A program made the translations under genes and the position numbers. From Macrostomum lignano (taxonomy: Eukaryota): a DNA stretch of 64,000 bases. Below, piece by piece: positions 47,136 to 59,481 of this stretch; positions within the stretch are counted from its first letter, which is position 1, and every line of letters starts with the position of its first letter. Below the pieces are notes generated by a model, which saw only the letters and a program-made list of their open reading frames with translations, was not told where the DNA came from and did no database searches. The stretch covers positions 124,001 through 188,000 of the forward strand of contig NIVC01001343.1 of NCBI GenBank assembly GCA_002269645.1. Reading direction: 5' to 3'.

Positions 47136-50100
47136 ATGTTGAGGCTTGCATCGGCAGTTGTCATCCTTTCTTTGACAACTATCACCTCAGGCCTGGACTT
47201 CAAGCTGGCAGTTGTGGTCGAGCAGAATGCAGTGAGCAGCTCCCTCGTCGACCTGGCTGTGAGCAGACGGGTGAACTCAAACTGGAGACTGTTGCCAGGC
47301 CACTCAATGTCGCACGCGATCGTTCAGGTGCCCGCGGATGGAGCTCAGCAGGCTGCAAAGTGGGGTGAGTAACTCTGCACTCTGCAGCATTGGGAAACGA
47401 ATCAATAATTTCAGGATTGAGCCCGTTATAAATTGAGGTCAAGTATGTGTAGGGTAAACACATTATTTGAGAGCTCAGGCGCGTCGATACTTCTGACACT
47501 CGATCAAAGTGCAGAGCAGACCTCTTCTTCTGTTCCAGTGTGCTCTCAGTCCAATCTGTCTGCTCTGCTTGCGGTCGGCAGCTGCGGTCTCCTCTCAGAC
47601 CTGAGCTCGCTAGCCAAGTCGCTTCAACTGCCGTTCATCGCCCTGCCAACCGCTCTGTGCAGGCCGGATGAAATTCTCCGTTAGTCTGTTTGTACATGGG
47701 TTGCTTCGGTTTTGACAAGACGAAAGAAACTTTTCAAGTAATATTGTGAATAGAATGATTTTTATATGAAAGCTCCGCGCTCCATTACTTCATCGGATAA
47801 CTTTGGTCACCTAAGTGCAGGTATCAGACAAGGTTTATCAGACTGAAAATCGATACTATTTTAACTAGCTAAAGTGTCGATACGGGTATGTACATGTAGG
47901 TAGTCTGTTATCAAGCTTGGTTTTCGGTAAGAGAACGAGCATCGAGTTGCTTTGTTGAAACTGAAATTGGAGCAAATGGATTGGAGCTAAAGTTACAACA
48001 ACACCCATCAATGCTGCCCAGCCTTTGGAGTCACAGGAAGTCACGACACAGATTCCTTTGTGAATGCCGCCTTCGCCGAAAGCAGCCAAAGAGGTGGCCA
48101 TTCTGTATGACAGAGCTTCAGGTGAGTAGATATCTTATTGATTACGTCGTATAAAAAAGTCCTAAACTTGACAAAGCGAATTTTCACTTGTAATCACATA
48201 GGAGGAGAAATGCTGCAGCTGCTGCAGACGCGACTGTCGAGCATCGGCATCAGCTCCATCATCTTCAACGCCGACCCCACACTCAGCGGAGATCTTCTCT
48301 CCGAGAAGCTCAGACGCCTCATGAAGAAGCGCCTGTTCAACGCCATCGTCATGGCGACGCCTCGCAACGCGCAAAGCATCGCGGCAGCCGCTGCGAACGC
48401 CAGCGTCATGCAGCAGAACTACTTCTGGCTCGTGATTGACAGCGGCGGACTCAGCAAGTCCAACCTGATGAGGGTGTGTCCCAACAACTGCAACCTGGCT
48501 CTGCTCAGAGGAGGCACAACTGGCGTCAATCGGCCATCGGACTGTCCGCCTGCAGTGAGAGACGTCTTTCCGAGCTGCGACACCAACAGCATTCGGGTGA
48601 GCGCCAGCTGCCGTGTCGTGCCCTGCCGTGCCCTGCCCTGCCCTGTCCTGCCCTGCCCTGCCCTGCCCTGCCCTGCCCTGCCCTGCCCTGCCCTGCCCTG
48701 CCCTGCCCTGCCCTGCCCTGCCCTGCCCTGCCCTGCCCTGCCCTGCCCTGCCCTGCCCTGCCCTGCCCTGCCCTGCCCTGCCCTGCCCTGCCCTGCCCTG
48801 CCCTGCCCTGCCCTGCCCTGCCCTGCCCTGCCCTGCCCTGCCATGCATTGCTCAATCACAAACTCACTCAAAGCATCAAAGATTAAGCACTAATTTTCGG
48901 CAAATATGTACCTTACTCACATTAATACTACATTAATACATTAATACACTTACTCACATCGAGCTGAGTCAGCTCGACCATCTCCTATCAACCGAAATCT
49001 TGCACAGACACTGGACATCCGTCTCGTGGATGCGATTGAGGCTCTGGCGAAGGCTCTCACAGACTCGCTGACTCAGCCAGGATTCCTAGAGAGCAACGCG
49101 TCATGCTTTCCTCTGCAGCCGTGGTCGTCTGGCGCTCAAGTGCTCAGCAACGTCATGTCTGTGAGTTCGTGCTCGCAGCATTTGACAGCTCACTTTATTG
49201 CTCATTTCACTGCTCCAGTGCTCCCTCATTAACTGATCTCAGATGTGAGCAGTTGCAGTCGCCGCTGTGTCTCATTTCAGTTATCGAGCTTCAACTCGGG
49301 TCGCGGTGAGATTTCCTACAACTCGACAACAGGATTCTTCAACGCTCATGGCGTTGAGATCGTTGCGTCATTCACTGAGCAGGCGGGAGCGGCAGCTCGG
49401 TTCGAGCTGAGCGGTCGGTTCAGCAGCGGCTCGCTGACGAAATTGTTCCACAAGACAGGCGCTGCATTCGTGTTCCCCAACACCTTCACCGGGTTTAACG
49501 ATGCCAGCATTGTGGCCTGCGCGCCTCCAGTACGTGAGCACTCTTAGTTTTTGGAGTTTCGACCTCAAATTTTTTAAAGATAGTAGCCAAGAAATTAAAC
49601 GCCGCATTTGTAGCTACATCCTGTAACGACAGTGAAAACGGAGCTAGGAAATCGGTCATTCATCGGCACCGGCTACGTACCGGATATTGTTGAATATCTG
49701 TCAAAAAAGTTGAACTTCAGGTGCGATTTTTCAATAAGGTGTTTTGCTATCAAGTGATCTGTCAGTAGTTAAAAATTTTATATGCGTTACTGGTTACTGT
49801 TACTGGAACATTTTTAAGGTACGTCCTGAAGAAACCGGATGATGGTCAGTGGGGCGGCCCTGTGCCCGGATCGCCCTACTTTTCCGGCTGTGTTGGCGAG
49901 GTTCAGCGTGGGGTGAGTCTGGCTACGGGGAGAGTAGATGCACGTTTCTTCTAACTGATGGATGCTGCAATAAGCTGCTATAATTGAGATTGCTCAACTT
50001 AATTTACAATTTGTTTTGACCAGTTTTAAAATTGATTTCAGCAAAAACGGACTGCTTAAGTAGAATGACGTAGTGCATTGCCATTTTTGACCCGTAGCAT

Positions 50101-53100
50101 GTAGCAGGCTATTTTTATTCTGTATTTTGCCAAGAATTCATTGAAACCCGTGGAAGGAAGAAACAATCTTCCAGAAGCGATCTGTCACGTACCTGTTGCT
50201 TAAGATCTACAATGACGAAAGTACGAAAGTATAATAAAACTTTTTCGACTTCAATGTCTCAGAGCTACTTTAAATAAAGATTCATGACGCACAATATTGA
50301 AAAACCTCAGATCGTTCATCTTGGCGCTGGGACTTTCACTAAAACAACACTACGTGACTCCGTGATCGACTTCTCAGCGGATTTGTTTGCTGAGTACAAC
50401 GGTATCCTGGTGCCGAAGCCGAAGCCCTCAACCAAGATGTGGAACGTGTTCTACCCGCTCAGCTGGCAGCTGTGGCTGTGTCTGGCTGCCTCTCTGTTTG
50501 TGGCCGCATTCTGCGTCTGGATCATGGCCTACTACTCCCCGTTCTCAGCCGTCAATCTGCAGTTGGAGTGCGCCATAACTGACGAGGTCAACTATTTGGA
50601 ATATTTGTGGACCGTGACCGGCTGTCTGATGCAGCAAGGCCAGGACTTTTATCCGTTTGCTAGTTCTCCCAGGATTTCGCTGTGCTTTTGGTTCTTCTTT
50701 GTAGTGATCATTGGAGCTTCTTACACAGGTGATTCCGCAAGGGCGTTTTACAAACTCGAAATTTAACATGGTCGAAAAGACTTGCTAGTCGCGGAATCAG
50801 TAGGAGTCCAGCAACTAACTTGATACTTCTAACGTAATTTACAAGAGCAAATCAGTGTACAGACATTACCTCTTACACTTGACAGCCTTCCTCACCTCTA
50901 TGCTGACCGTTGCCGTGACCCAGCCAACAATCAAATCGCTGGAAGACCTGGTGTCCCAGACTGTAATTAAACCTGGCGCCATACCCGGCACGAATATTTA
51001 CCATCTGATGAAGTCACCCTTAAACAGTGTAGGTATCTACGACCAGATTGGAAAGCTGCTTGTTGATGCTCCGAATTGTCCGTTTGAGGTGAGCCAATTG
51101 TGGTTTTTTGAGCAAGATTTTTACATTTACACGAGTGTAGCTATAAGCGTACATCCCTGCATGGACTGTGTCTAAGTTGTCACCGCTAGAACTACCCAGA
51201 TTTTTTAGATTTCGTTCAATGATACACGAAAACCTTGAGATTCCAGAAAGAAATCTATTAAGAAAACTAAGCACTTTTGATGCACCAGAAAGAGTTAATC
51301 AGATGCTTATTTGAATTAAGAGTATAAAATCTCAAAATGCAGTCGCAAGGTGAAAAAATGGCCAGCCGACGGCACAAAACTTAAACGCTGCCATTGTGCA
51401 TCAACACATCAAGAGCTGTGTACAGCATGCAAGTAACAATCTCAATTTGTGCAAAAATCCATCGAATCGTGGTTTAATGCAAGTTTAGACAATTTGTACG
51501 TGCGTACGTTTTTCTAACCTATTTTAATGTATTGGACTAAGGCTTCTTTGTAGTTTAGTCTTACTTAGTAAGCTTTGGCTTACTTCATTCTCAACTATTT
51601 CACATGTATAAGATTTATTATAGAGGATCTAGACATAAATCCCGATCGCCAGGCTAAGGTACGAGCTATGCGTAGTCTATAGTAGTCCTTGATAACTTTA
51701 ACCAGTCGCTATACTTTTATCCCTGTAGCTCTACCACTGCTTGGGGCTGCTAAAAGCTCTATACAGCATTAACTAGTGGTCCTTGGCTGCTGCTCTATCA
51801 CAGTAAGGTGAACTCATGGAAGTGATGGATCACTGTGGCAGTCTTGATCTCTTAACGACGCAGTCAGCCTATAAATCTATAAGTAAAAACTTCAGCCCAA
51901 TCGTGCCTAACGTCGCTTCTATCGGACTTAAAAGGAAAAACTCCTGTCCCTAAGGGCAAGGGGTTTTTTTATTAGAGGCAGGGGGTTGTGTGCACCCTGG
52001 CGCACTTTAAGCGACATTGGCACACAACCGGCGAGAGGCATTACTGCCCATTCCGCCAACTCCCCTGAGCAGGCACACAAGCGCGCGGATACGTACGCAG
52101 GCACACACTCACACAGGAGTGTACAGCGGCCCTAACTTTATATTATCGTTAGGCATGTACACTTCACTGCGCCTTGGGGGGTTGGCTCTCAAGGCCGTTA
52201 ATTGCACGAGCAGAGCCAAACCGAGATTCCAATTCAGCCCCAAATTAATGTGATTGCACTTGGAATCGAGCCTGGGTCGCTGGCACACCAGAGCAGCTGC
52301 GCTACCGCTGGGCTACGGCCCCCCTAGGGCAAGGGGTTAGCAAGCTTTTTTTGCTAGGGCAAGGGGTTAGCAAGCTTTTTTGACTCAAGGTCCAGAGAAA
52401 GAATCCAGTGCATGACTGCAGGACAGAAGAGGGGAAAAAAGAGAAGAGAAGAGAAGAGAAGAGAAGAGAAGAGAAGAGGAGAGGAGAGGAGAGGAGAGGA
52501 GAGGAGAGGAGAGGAGAGGAGAGGAGAGGAGAGGAGAGGAGAGGAGAGGAGAGGAGAGGAGAGGAGAGGAGAGGAGAGAAGAGAAGAGAAGAGGAGAGGA
52601 GAGGAGAGGAGAGGAGAGGAGAGGAGCGGAGAGGAGAGGAGAGGAGAGGAGAGGAGAGGAGAGGAGAGGAGAGGAGAGGAGAGGAGAGGAGAGAAGAGAA
52701 GAGAAGAGGAGAGGAGAGGAGAGGAGAGGAGAGGAGAGGAGCGGAGAGGAGAGGAGAGGAGAGGAGAGGAGAGGAGAGAGGCAACATCGAAGTTCACCAA
52801 AATTCACCCAGGCTTTGGAGAACAGCGAAACCGCATGCTTAGGAGACGTCTCTCGGCTGCAGTACTTTGCCAAGCTCAACTGCACTAAAGTCTACCTGGC
52901 AGAAGTGCAATTCAACGCTGCCACCGTAGCATTTATCTATCCCGAGGATGCAATCTACGGAGAAGCCATCAATTTCTAGTGAGTCCATCGGCTAATGGAG
53001 ACATGCTTAAGTGTGTAATACTACTAGTCAGTTTAATTCAGCCTAGTCCTGAATTATTCGATTTGGAAATCGATGAAAGCTGCTTCGTGTTCTTTTTAGT

Positions 53101-54197
53101 TGACTTTAAAACGTAATAATTCATTTATGAGCATTGCTTAGCTATATTAGATGCTTTTCCCTATAAGGCCTAGATTTTTCGGGCCAATTTCGCGCCAGTA
53201 ATAATGTTAATAATAATGGATTACACCTGCCCTAATGGGCAGATGTGCAACCGACAGAGCTCAGCTGCAGCTATCGCGCGGCGCATCTGAAGGCTGCGTA
53301 CGGCGTACATTTTACAGCTGGGTGAACTGAAGCAATGTAGAGTTGAGTGTCTTGCTCAAGGACACAAATTGTTCCCAGAGGGTGGAGAATCGAACCCCCG
53401 ACCACTGGGCACAACCCCCACAACCCCCAAAACGCCAGGAATACTACTAATGAACTAAAATTCTATTGATGGCCCACTACATTATATACTCGTCGCTAAG
53501 GTTATTGAATGGATCTAACCAGAAACAGCTGGTCACCGAGCAGAAACTGACTGGAATGGATAATGGTTGGACTGCTCGTAAATTCGACCAAAGCGTCCAA
53601 CCAGATATTAGTTCCTGTTGGCTATGGTCCTCGATCTTGCTTACGATTCCATTTTGCAGGCTTTATAAATTGACTTCCTCGTTGAGCTTCATAAGAATTT
53701 CATCCAGAATTTCGCAGGTTCTGAAATTTTGTCTTAATGGCCGAAACCTGACCTTTCATTAGCAAAATCCGGCAGTTATTTCGGGTCAATGTGTCAAAAC
53801 GAGACCATTATAAAAATGAATTATAAATTATGGTTTTGCAGCAAAATAATGACTATAATGTACGAGCGTACTTTTAGTAAGACTAGATTTAGTTACTAAC
53901 TCGTTGCGGCAGACTTAAATAAGAGTTGCTCTAGACACAGGTTGTAATTTCCGGTCAAATTATTACAGCTTAAAACGACTACGAGAAAGCGGACAGATCC
54001 AGGTGCTGATTGACAAGTACTATGCTGCGCCAGACGATGGTTCTCAGTGCAGTGGCGTGAGCAGCAGCTACTCTGGCGCCGAGCCAATCAGCCTGGATAC
54101 CGTGACTGGCTGCTTCATTGTCACCGGCTGTTTCTACTTTTTGGGTTTGCTATTTCTTGTTGCGGAGTTTGCTGTTGCTAAAATCAAATATGGTTGA
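47136..54197 (+). CDS. Ionotropic glutamate receptor-like subunit (signal peptide, ATD, S1, M1-P-M3, S2, M4)
   Basis: Exons 47136-47364, 47479-47679, [48086 or earlier]-48121, 48202-48596, 49008-49160, 49281-49529, 49614-49720, 49819-49912, 50311-50728, 50886-51088, ~52779-52978, 53969-54197, with consistent phases. Motifs VAILYD, NYFWLVID, GYVPDIVEYLSKKLNF, PDDGQWG..GCVGEV, TTLRDSVIDFS, GCLMQQG, WFFFVVIIGASYT, IKSLEDL, LRESGQI, SLDTVTGCF. Starts of exons 3 and 11 are uncertain. Confidence 0.9.
48617..48843. repeat. (CCCTG)n microsatellite in intron 4 of the iGluR-like gene
   Basis: Direct reading; follows donor cgg|gtgagc at 48596/48597. Confidence 0.98.
51965..52324 (-). mobile_element. 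Full-length tRNA-derived SINE (family 1)
   Basis: A and B boxes in the minus-strand head, A-rich tail, 13-bp TSD AGGGCAAGGGGTT (51953-51965, 52326-52338). Confidence 0.92.
52326..52780 (-). mobile_element. One-armed relative of the 19072-20135 hAT MITE with (GAGGA/GAGAA)n
   Basis: Reverse complement GCAGTCATGCACTGGATTCTTTCTCTGGACCTTG aligns with 20078-20112; terminal ~26 bp tandemly duplicated; the opposite arm is absent. Confidence 0.75.
53310..53410 (-). mobile_element. CORE-type SINE (family 2), second copy
   Basis: TTTACAGCTGGGTGAACTGAAGCAATGTAGAGTTGAGTGTCTTGCTCAAGGACACAAATTGTTC is the reverse complement of the 42105-42170 core; B box GGTTCGATTCTCC on the minus strand. Confidence 0.8.
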
Positions 54198-54991
54198 ATC
54201 CATTTTTTGGGCACAACTTTATGGCAGATTAATGAGAAATATATCATATAAACAACTAACGGTGATGGAAAGTGTTGAAAGAGCTTTTTTCAAATTTTAC
54301 AAATTGACGTTTTACGAGGTATCCTTAATACTGCGCCTGTATTACTTTTAGTAGCACTAGTAAATATCAATATTTATTAATTTTATAAAGCGATTACGAA
54401 ACTTTTGTAAATATAATATTTGAGCTAGAAGTGCAGCTAAGCTGGGTTGGAAGACGCTAAGCATGTTGTATATAATTATGAAAACAGCTTGGCAAACTGC
54501 TATTACTGCTAGACTGCAACCAGACCAATAAGTTGTTAAATTTTCTTTGCTAAGAACGGTGCAGACAGACCAATAGCAAGGCTTCTTTCCAAAGGGGTAA
54601 GGAGTTGTGTTTTGCTTTTTTACTTGATGTAGGCAAAAGAGGCAAGAAAGTCTGAGGCCTCAAATGATGGCGTGCTCAAGTGCAGTTATAACTGGTATTT
54701 GCCATTGCTGGTACATTCGACAGCTACCCCCTCTCGCCCCTTCTTCTCAGGTGAAGCCAGAGAAACAGACAGAGAAAGAAGAATAATCTCAAACGGGCTG
54801 TTTTAGGTTATAAAGAGAAGAGTTATTCTCTATTATGCTGTGTTGTTGAACCACAGCGTTTCTTAGCTTATTTCTGTCTTAGACTGTCTTTATTGTGCTC
54901 TATTGATTCAGATAGATTTTTAGTTTTCTTCCAAAGAAATTTAAAAAAGTGGAATAATAAAGAGACAGCTCCTCATAGCGCCGGCGGCACC

Positions 54992-57900
54992 ATGTCGACT
55001 GCTGGTGGTAAGTCATCCGGATGATGCACTCCGTCGACTCTATCTCTGTGCCCTTCTATCTCTCTACTGCCTCTATCGTGCTTAAAATGCTCCATCTAGA
55101 TAGCTACTGAGCCATATACCTTCCTACGCGGCTAGCGGCGAAAATTAATTATTAATCATAGTGCAATCCACCGCTCAGCGCATGATTTTTTACGCGTCTC
55201 TAGGATTGCTTCTGGCCTATGGAGAGGGACGGAGAGAGAGGGCTGAGGGAGTGAAAAAAGTTAGACTTGTGCCGCCAACTATCTCTTTGAATTGGAATTT
55301 ACGATTCATCATTCATCGATCTAAGTTATATAGGCTTTGTAAAGACAAGCAGGCCTGTAGTATTAGCTCTCACTCGTTGCCAAGCGAACCATTTAACATC
55401 TCTCTAACACCCCTCTCTCCACTCGGGGGGTAACTCTGTCTCTGACCATTATTTTACTGAATTTCATCCCCCAGCGATAAGTCAGCAAAGGCAGCTGCGA
55501 GCCTTTCTGACTCAAAGCGCTCATTCGACTGGTGCATCGACGACTAAACGTCCAACAACAGCGACGGCAACTCTGGGTGGATTTGAGTCGCTGTTTGATG
55601 ACACAGAGTCAGCAGAACCAGATATAACCATTCTAAGGACCACTAGCGCACCCGATTCCGCTATGATACGTCTGGCGGCTACTTTGGACGATGCCAGACT
55701 GAAAATGTCGTTGCTGAAGCGACAACAGCTGGCGGAAGCTGAGCAGTTGTCTCGATTGTCCAGAAGAAGCGACGAGTTGAGGAATTACAGTAGAGAACGA
55801 TTTCTGGATAGGATAGAGGTTGACGATGCTGTAAGTCATAGTACATAAATTTTACCCAAATGACTTTTGCACATTTCAATCGAAAGGGAAAATACTTTTT
55901 GATGGGAAACTCTTGGAAAAGGTGCTTCATGTGATAAACTTGTAGGCTCGTAGCTAAATGGAAAAGGTGCTTCATGTGATACACTTGTAGGCTTGTAGCT
56001 AAATGGAAAAGGTGCTTCATGTGATACACTTGTAGGCTTGTAGCTAAATGGAAAAGGTGCTTCATGTGATACACTTGTAGGCTTGTAGCTAAATGGAAAA
56101 GGTGCTTCATGTGATAAACTTGTAGGCTCGTAGCTAAATGGAAAAGGTGCTTCATGTGATACACTTGTAGGCTTGTAGCTAAATGGAAAAGGTGCTTCAT
56201 GTGATACACTTGTAGGCTTGTAGCTAAATGGAAAAGGTGCTTCATGTGATACACTTGTAGGCTTGTAGCTAAATGGAAAAGGTGCTTCATGTGATACACT
56301 TGTAGGCTCGTAGCTACATGGAAAAGGTGCTTCATGTGATACACTTGTAGGCTCATAGCTACATGGAAAAGGTGCTTCATGTGATACACTTGTAGGCTCG
56401 TAGCTAAATGGAAAAGGTGCTTCATGTGATACACTTGTAGGCTCGTAGCTAAATGGAAAAGGTGCTTCATGTGATAAACTTGTAGGCTCGTAGCTAAATG
56501 GAAAAGGTGATTCATGTGATACACTTGTAGGCTCGTACTGGTAGCTACATGTAAATGGAAAATGTGCTTCATGTGATACACTTGTAGGCTCGTAGCTAAA
56601 TGGAAAAGGTGCTTCATGTGATACACTTGTAGGCTCGTAGCTACATGGAAAAGGTGCTTCATGTGATAAACTTGTAGACTCGTAGCTAAATGGAAAAGGT
56701 GCGCTATGACTTTATGTGATCCGCTTGTAATTGTAGGCTCGTAGCTAAATGGAAAGTGCGTTTTACGGATTTGACAGGAAACTATTCAAGAATTGTACAC
56801 TTGTGCTAGTTGTCCATGTTTAGTATATTATTCATTAAAAAAATAGCGTCCACTAGTACTATACTAAGTTACTTACTGGTATTAAAGTTATCATTTCAAA
56901 TATTGCTCTCATCACTTCATGAAATGATTAATCAACCACCCGTCACATTCAGAGTCGTCAACCGCAACCGGTACAACGTTCTCGGCCGACACTCAGTCGA
57001 CCAGCGAGTAGCAAGTGCGCCTTCTCACCCTACGTCACCTTGCCAAAACCCGTTGACGTTGGGGAAGCCTACTGCTGCGAGGCCGCGTCAACACCGGAGG
57101 AGCTTCTCAATGGCAGGTCGCGAGCTCGAGCCCAGCTGATGTCGCAGCTTCGCTTGCGCCAGCCGGTGCAGCCAGTTAAATTCCGACACGATCGAACAGC
57201 GCAGGAGCTGGCTCAGGAGGGCTGCTTGCCAAGTCGCTATCTGTGCGAGCCGTATCCATGGCAACCAGGCTACAAGTACACGCCATATCCGACGCCAAAG
57301 CTGCTAGCCTGGACTAACGATGAATCCGAACGGAGGCTGGAACGACAGAGGCTAGCGGAAGACTTCGATCGGCCCGAGACGCCTTTGGTGGCAGCAACTC
57401 CGCCGACTCCACCGACTTCACCGCCAAATCAGCCGATGCCGCCAGAGCCAGCAGCTCGCGTTGCCGAGCCTGCGTCGCTACTCGCTCCTCCTGCCACTCA
57501 GGAGCAACAGCAGCGTCCGAAATCTGGCAGATCAGCGAAGCCAACTCGACGTGGACACCAGAAGCATCACAAAGAGCAGCAGCTCACACCGGAGCAGCAG
57601 GCGCTGCTGTTGGAGCAGCAGCTCGCTGAGAAGGCGGCCGCGCGGCGACGAAACTTCTCGGTGTCGACCATCGGCGAAGAGGAGCTGGCGCCAGTGCGAC
57701 AGGAGCAGCAGCGACTATTAGACGTGTGCCAGCGTCTTCGCGATCGTCAACTGGCGAGAGAAGCCGCGGCTGCGGCTGCGGCGGCTGAAGCGGCGGCGGT
57801 CGAGGCCGCGTTGAAAGCTGCTGCCGAGGCAGCCAATGCGCCGCCTGAGCCGCCGCCGCCACCACCGCCTCCGCCAACTGACAAGGTGTCGAAAGGAAAG

Positions 57901-58494
57901 AAAAGTAGGAGCAGCTCAGCGAGCAGCGACAAGAAGACGAAAAAGAAGCCAGCAGCCGGTCCGGGAAAGCAGAAGAAAACAGCGCAAACGAGATCGCCAC
58001 GTTCAGCGTCAAGCGGGGGCAGCAACAAAACCGCCGCCTCGGGGGCAAAGAAGCAGCAAAAGAGTAGCAGCAGCGGCGGCACGCCCAGTCGCAGCGGCAG
58101 CGTCAGCGGTGACTCGGCTAAGAACGCTGACGACAGTAAAAAGAAAAAGCCCCAATCGTCGAAGCCGGCGAAAAAGGCGTCGCCAAGGGCGAAGTCACCC
58201 AAGGGTGGCAAGAAGCAACCGGCTGGTAAAAAAGGCAAGGCAACTGCAGAGCAGAAACAGCCGGCGGCACCGCCGCAGCCGGAGGCTACACCGGAGGAGC
58301 CGCCAGGTCCGGACCCAATCGACCTTCTAGCTGACGAAATCGAGGCTGCGGAGGTGTTCCATCGAACCAAGTCGCCGGGCGAGTTGCCCGACTTTCCCTG
58401 TCCGAGCTCGGAGGGCAAGTCGCGTCAGCAGCTAACAAAGATTTGGTGGCAGCGGCAGGGGATGTCCACTGGCGGCGTGTCGGTGATCACGTGA
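54992..58494 (+). CDS. Uncharacterised 637-aa protein, Pro/Ala/Lys/Ser/Gln-rich and probably largely disordered
   Basis: Kozak-like ggcggcaccATG; exons 54992-55007, 55475-55830, 56953-58494 with matching phases (1, 0) and no internal stops; GC-rich exons in AT-rich flanks. Confidence 0.8.
55915..56755. repeat. 45-bp minisatellite (GGAAAAGGTGCTTCATGTGATACACTTGTAGGCTTGTAGCTAAAT), ~18 copies, intronic
   Basis: Direct tandem units. Confidence 0.97.
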
Positions 58495-59481
58495 CGTGAT
58501 ATTTTCAAATTTGTCGTATAATATAAGTTTTTGTTATTAAAATCATTTTGTGTTTTAAATTAATTTAAACAAATCATTACACTGTGTTTGAACAACGTTT
58601 AATATATTTAATTATTTTCAATAAAACTTACCTTTTCTAAAAAATATGTTGACACTTTATTCAAAAAGTCTTTAGCTAAGCAAAGTACATCCGCTAATTT
58701 ATGATGAAAATCAGAGATGCTAAATTGGGTAACTTCGAACCAAAAAAATGTTGGTAGAAATAATGAGCTTTCAGCTTTCTGACTTTTTATATCGTATATA
58801 AATTACTTGAACTACTTCAGAGATGACTTAATTTAACCCTAATTAATCCAAAAGTTGTCAGCATGGTGAGCTAAGATTGTTTGCCTTTTCTTAATATTTT
58901 TATTGTGTACACTTTGTGTAGATTTAGCTAATCAATGTTACAAGCCTGCAGATTGGAAAGAACAAAAAACATACAGATTTTTATAAATTTTGAAAAAAGA
59001 GGTTTGTTTTACTTCAAGCGCATTTTAATGAAACAAATAGTAAAGGATAATTAAAGTAAAAATTCTGGAGAAATTCTGCTTTAAAGAAATTAAAAGGAAA
59101 AGTTCCAATTGCTCATATTGGATAGATACAAAACGTGTTCACGCTAATTAAGTAATATTGACACTGAAAAATATTGCTGATAAAGGCACTAATAAATAGA
59201 AGCACTGGCACAGAAGAGTCATATATAATAAGTACGGCAAAGCGCAAGAGTAAAAAATCAGATTTTCTGACTATTTATAGTTATTGATGTGATACATCTC
59301 TAGATAGGATTAACCAAAATAATTTGTATAATTTTTTTTCTAATATATTGTTCGTTTTCTTTCGAAAAACCTGAAACTTATTTATTACTTATTGTTTTTT
59401 GAAAAAAGATACATTTACTATTGCCTGAGCTGCCAGCAGCAACCTTGCATATAGATTTCGTCTTCCATATTCAATTTAGTG

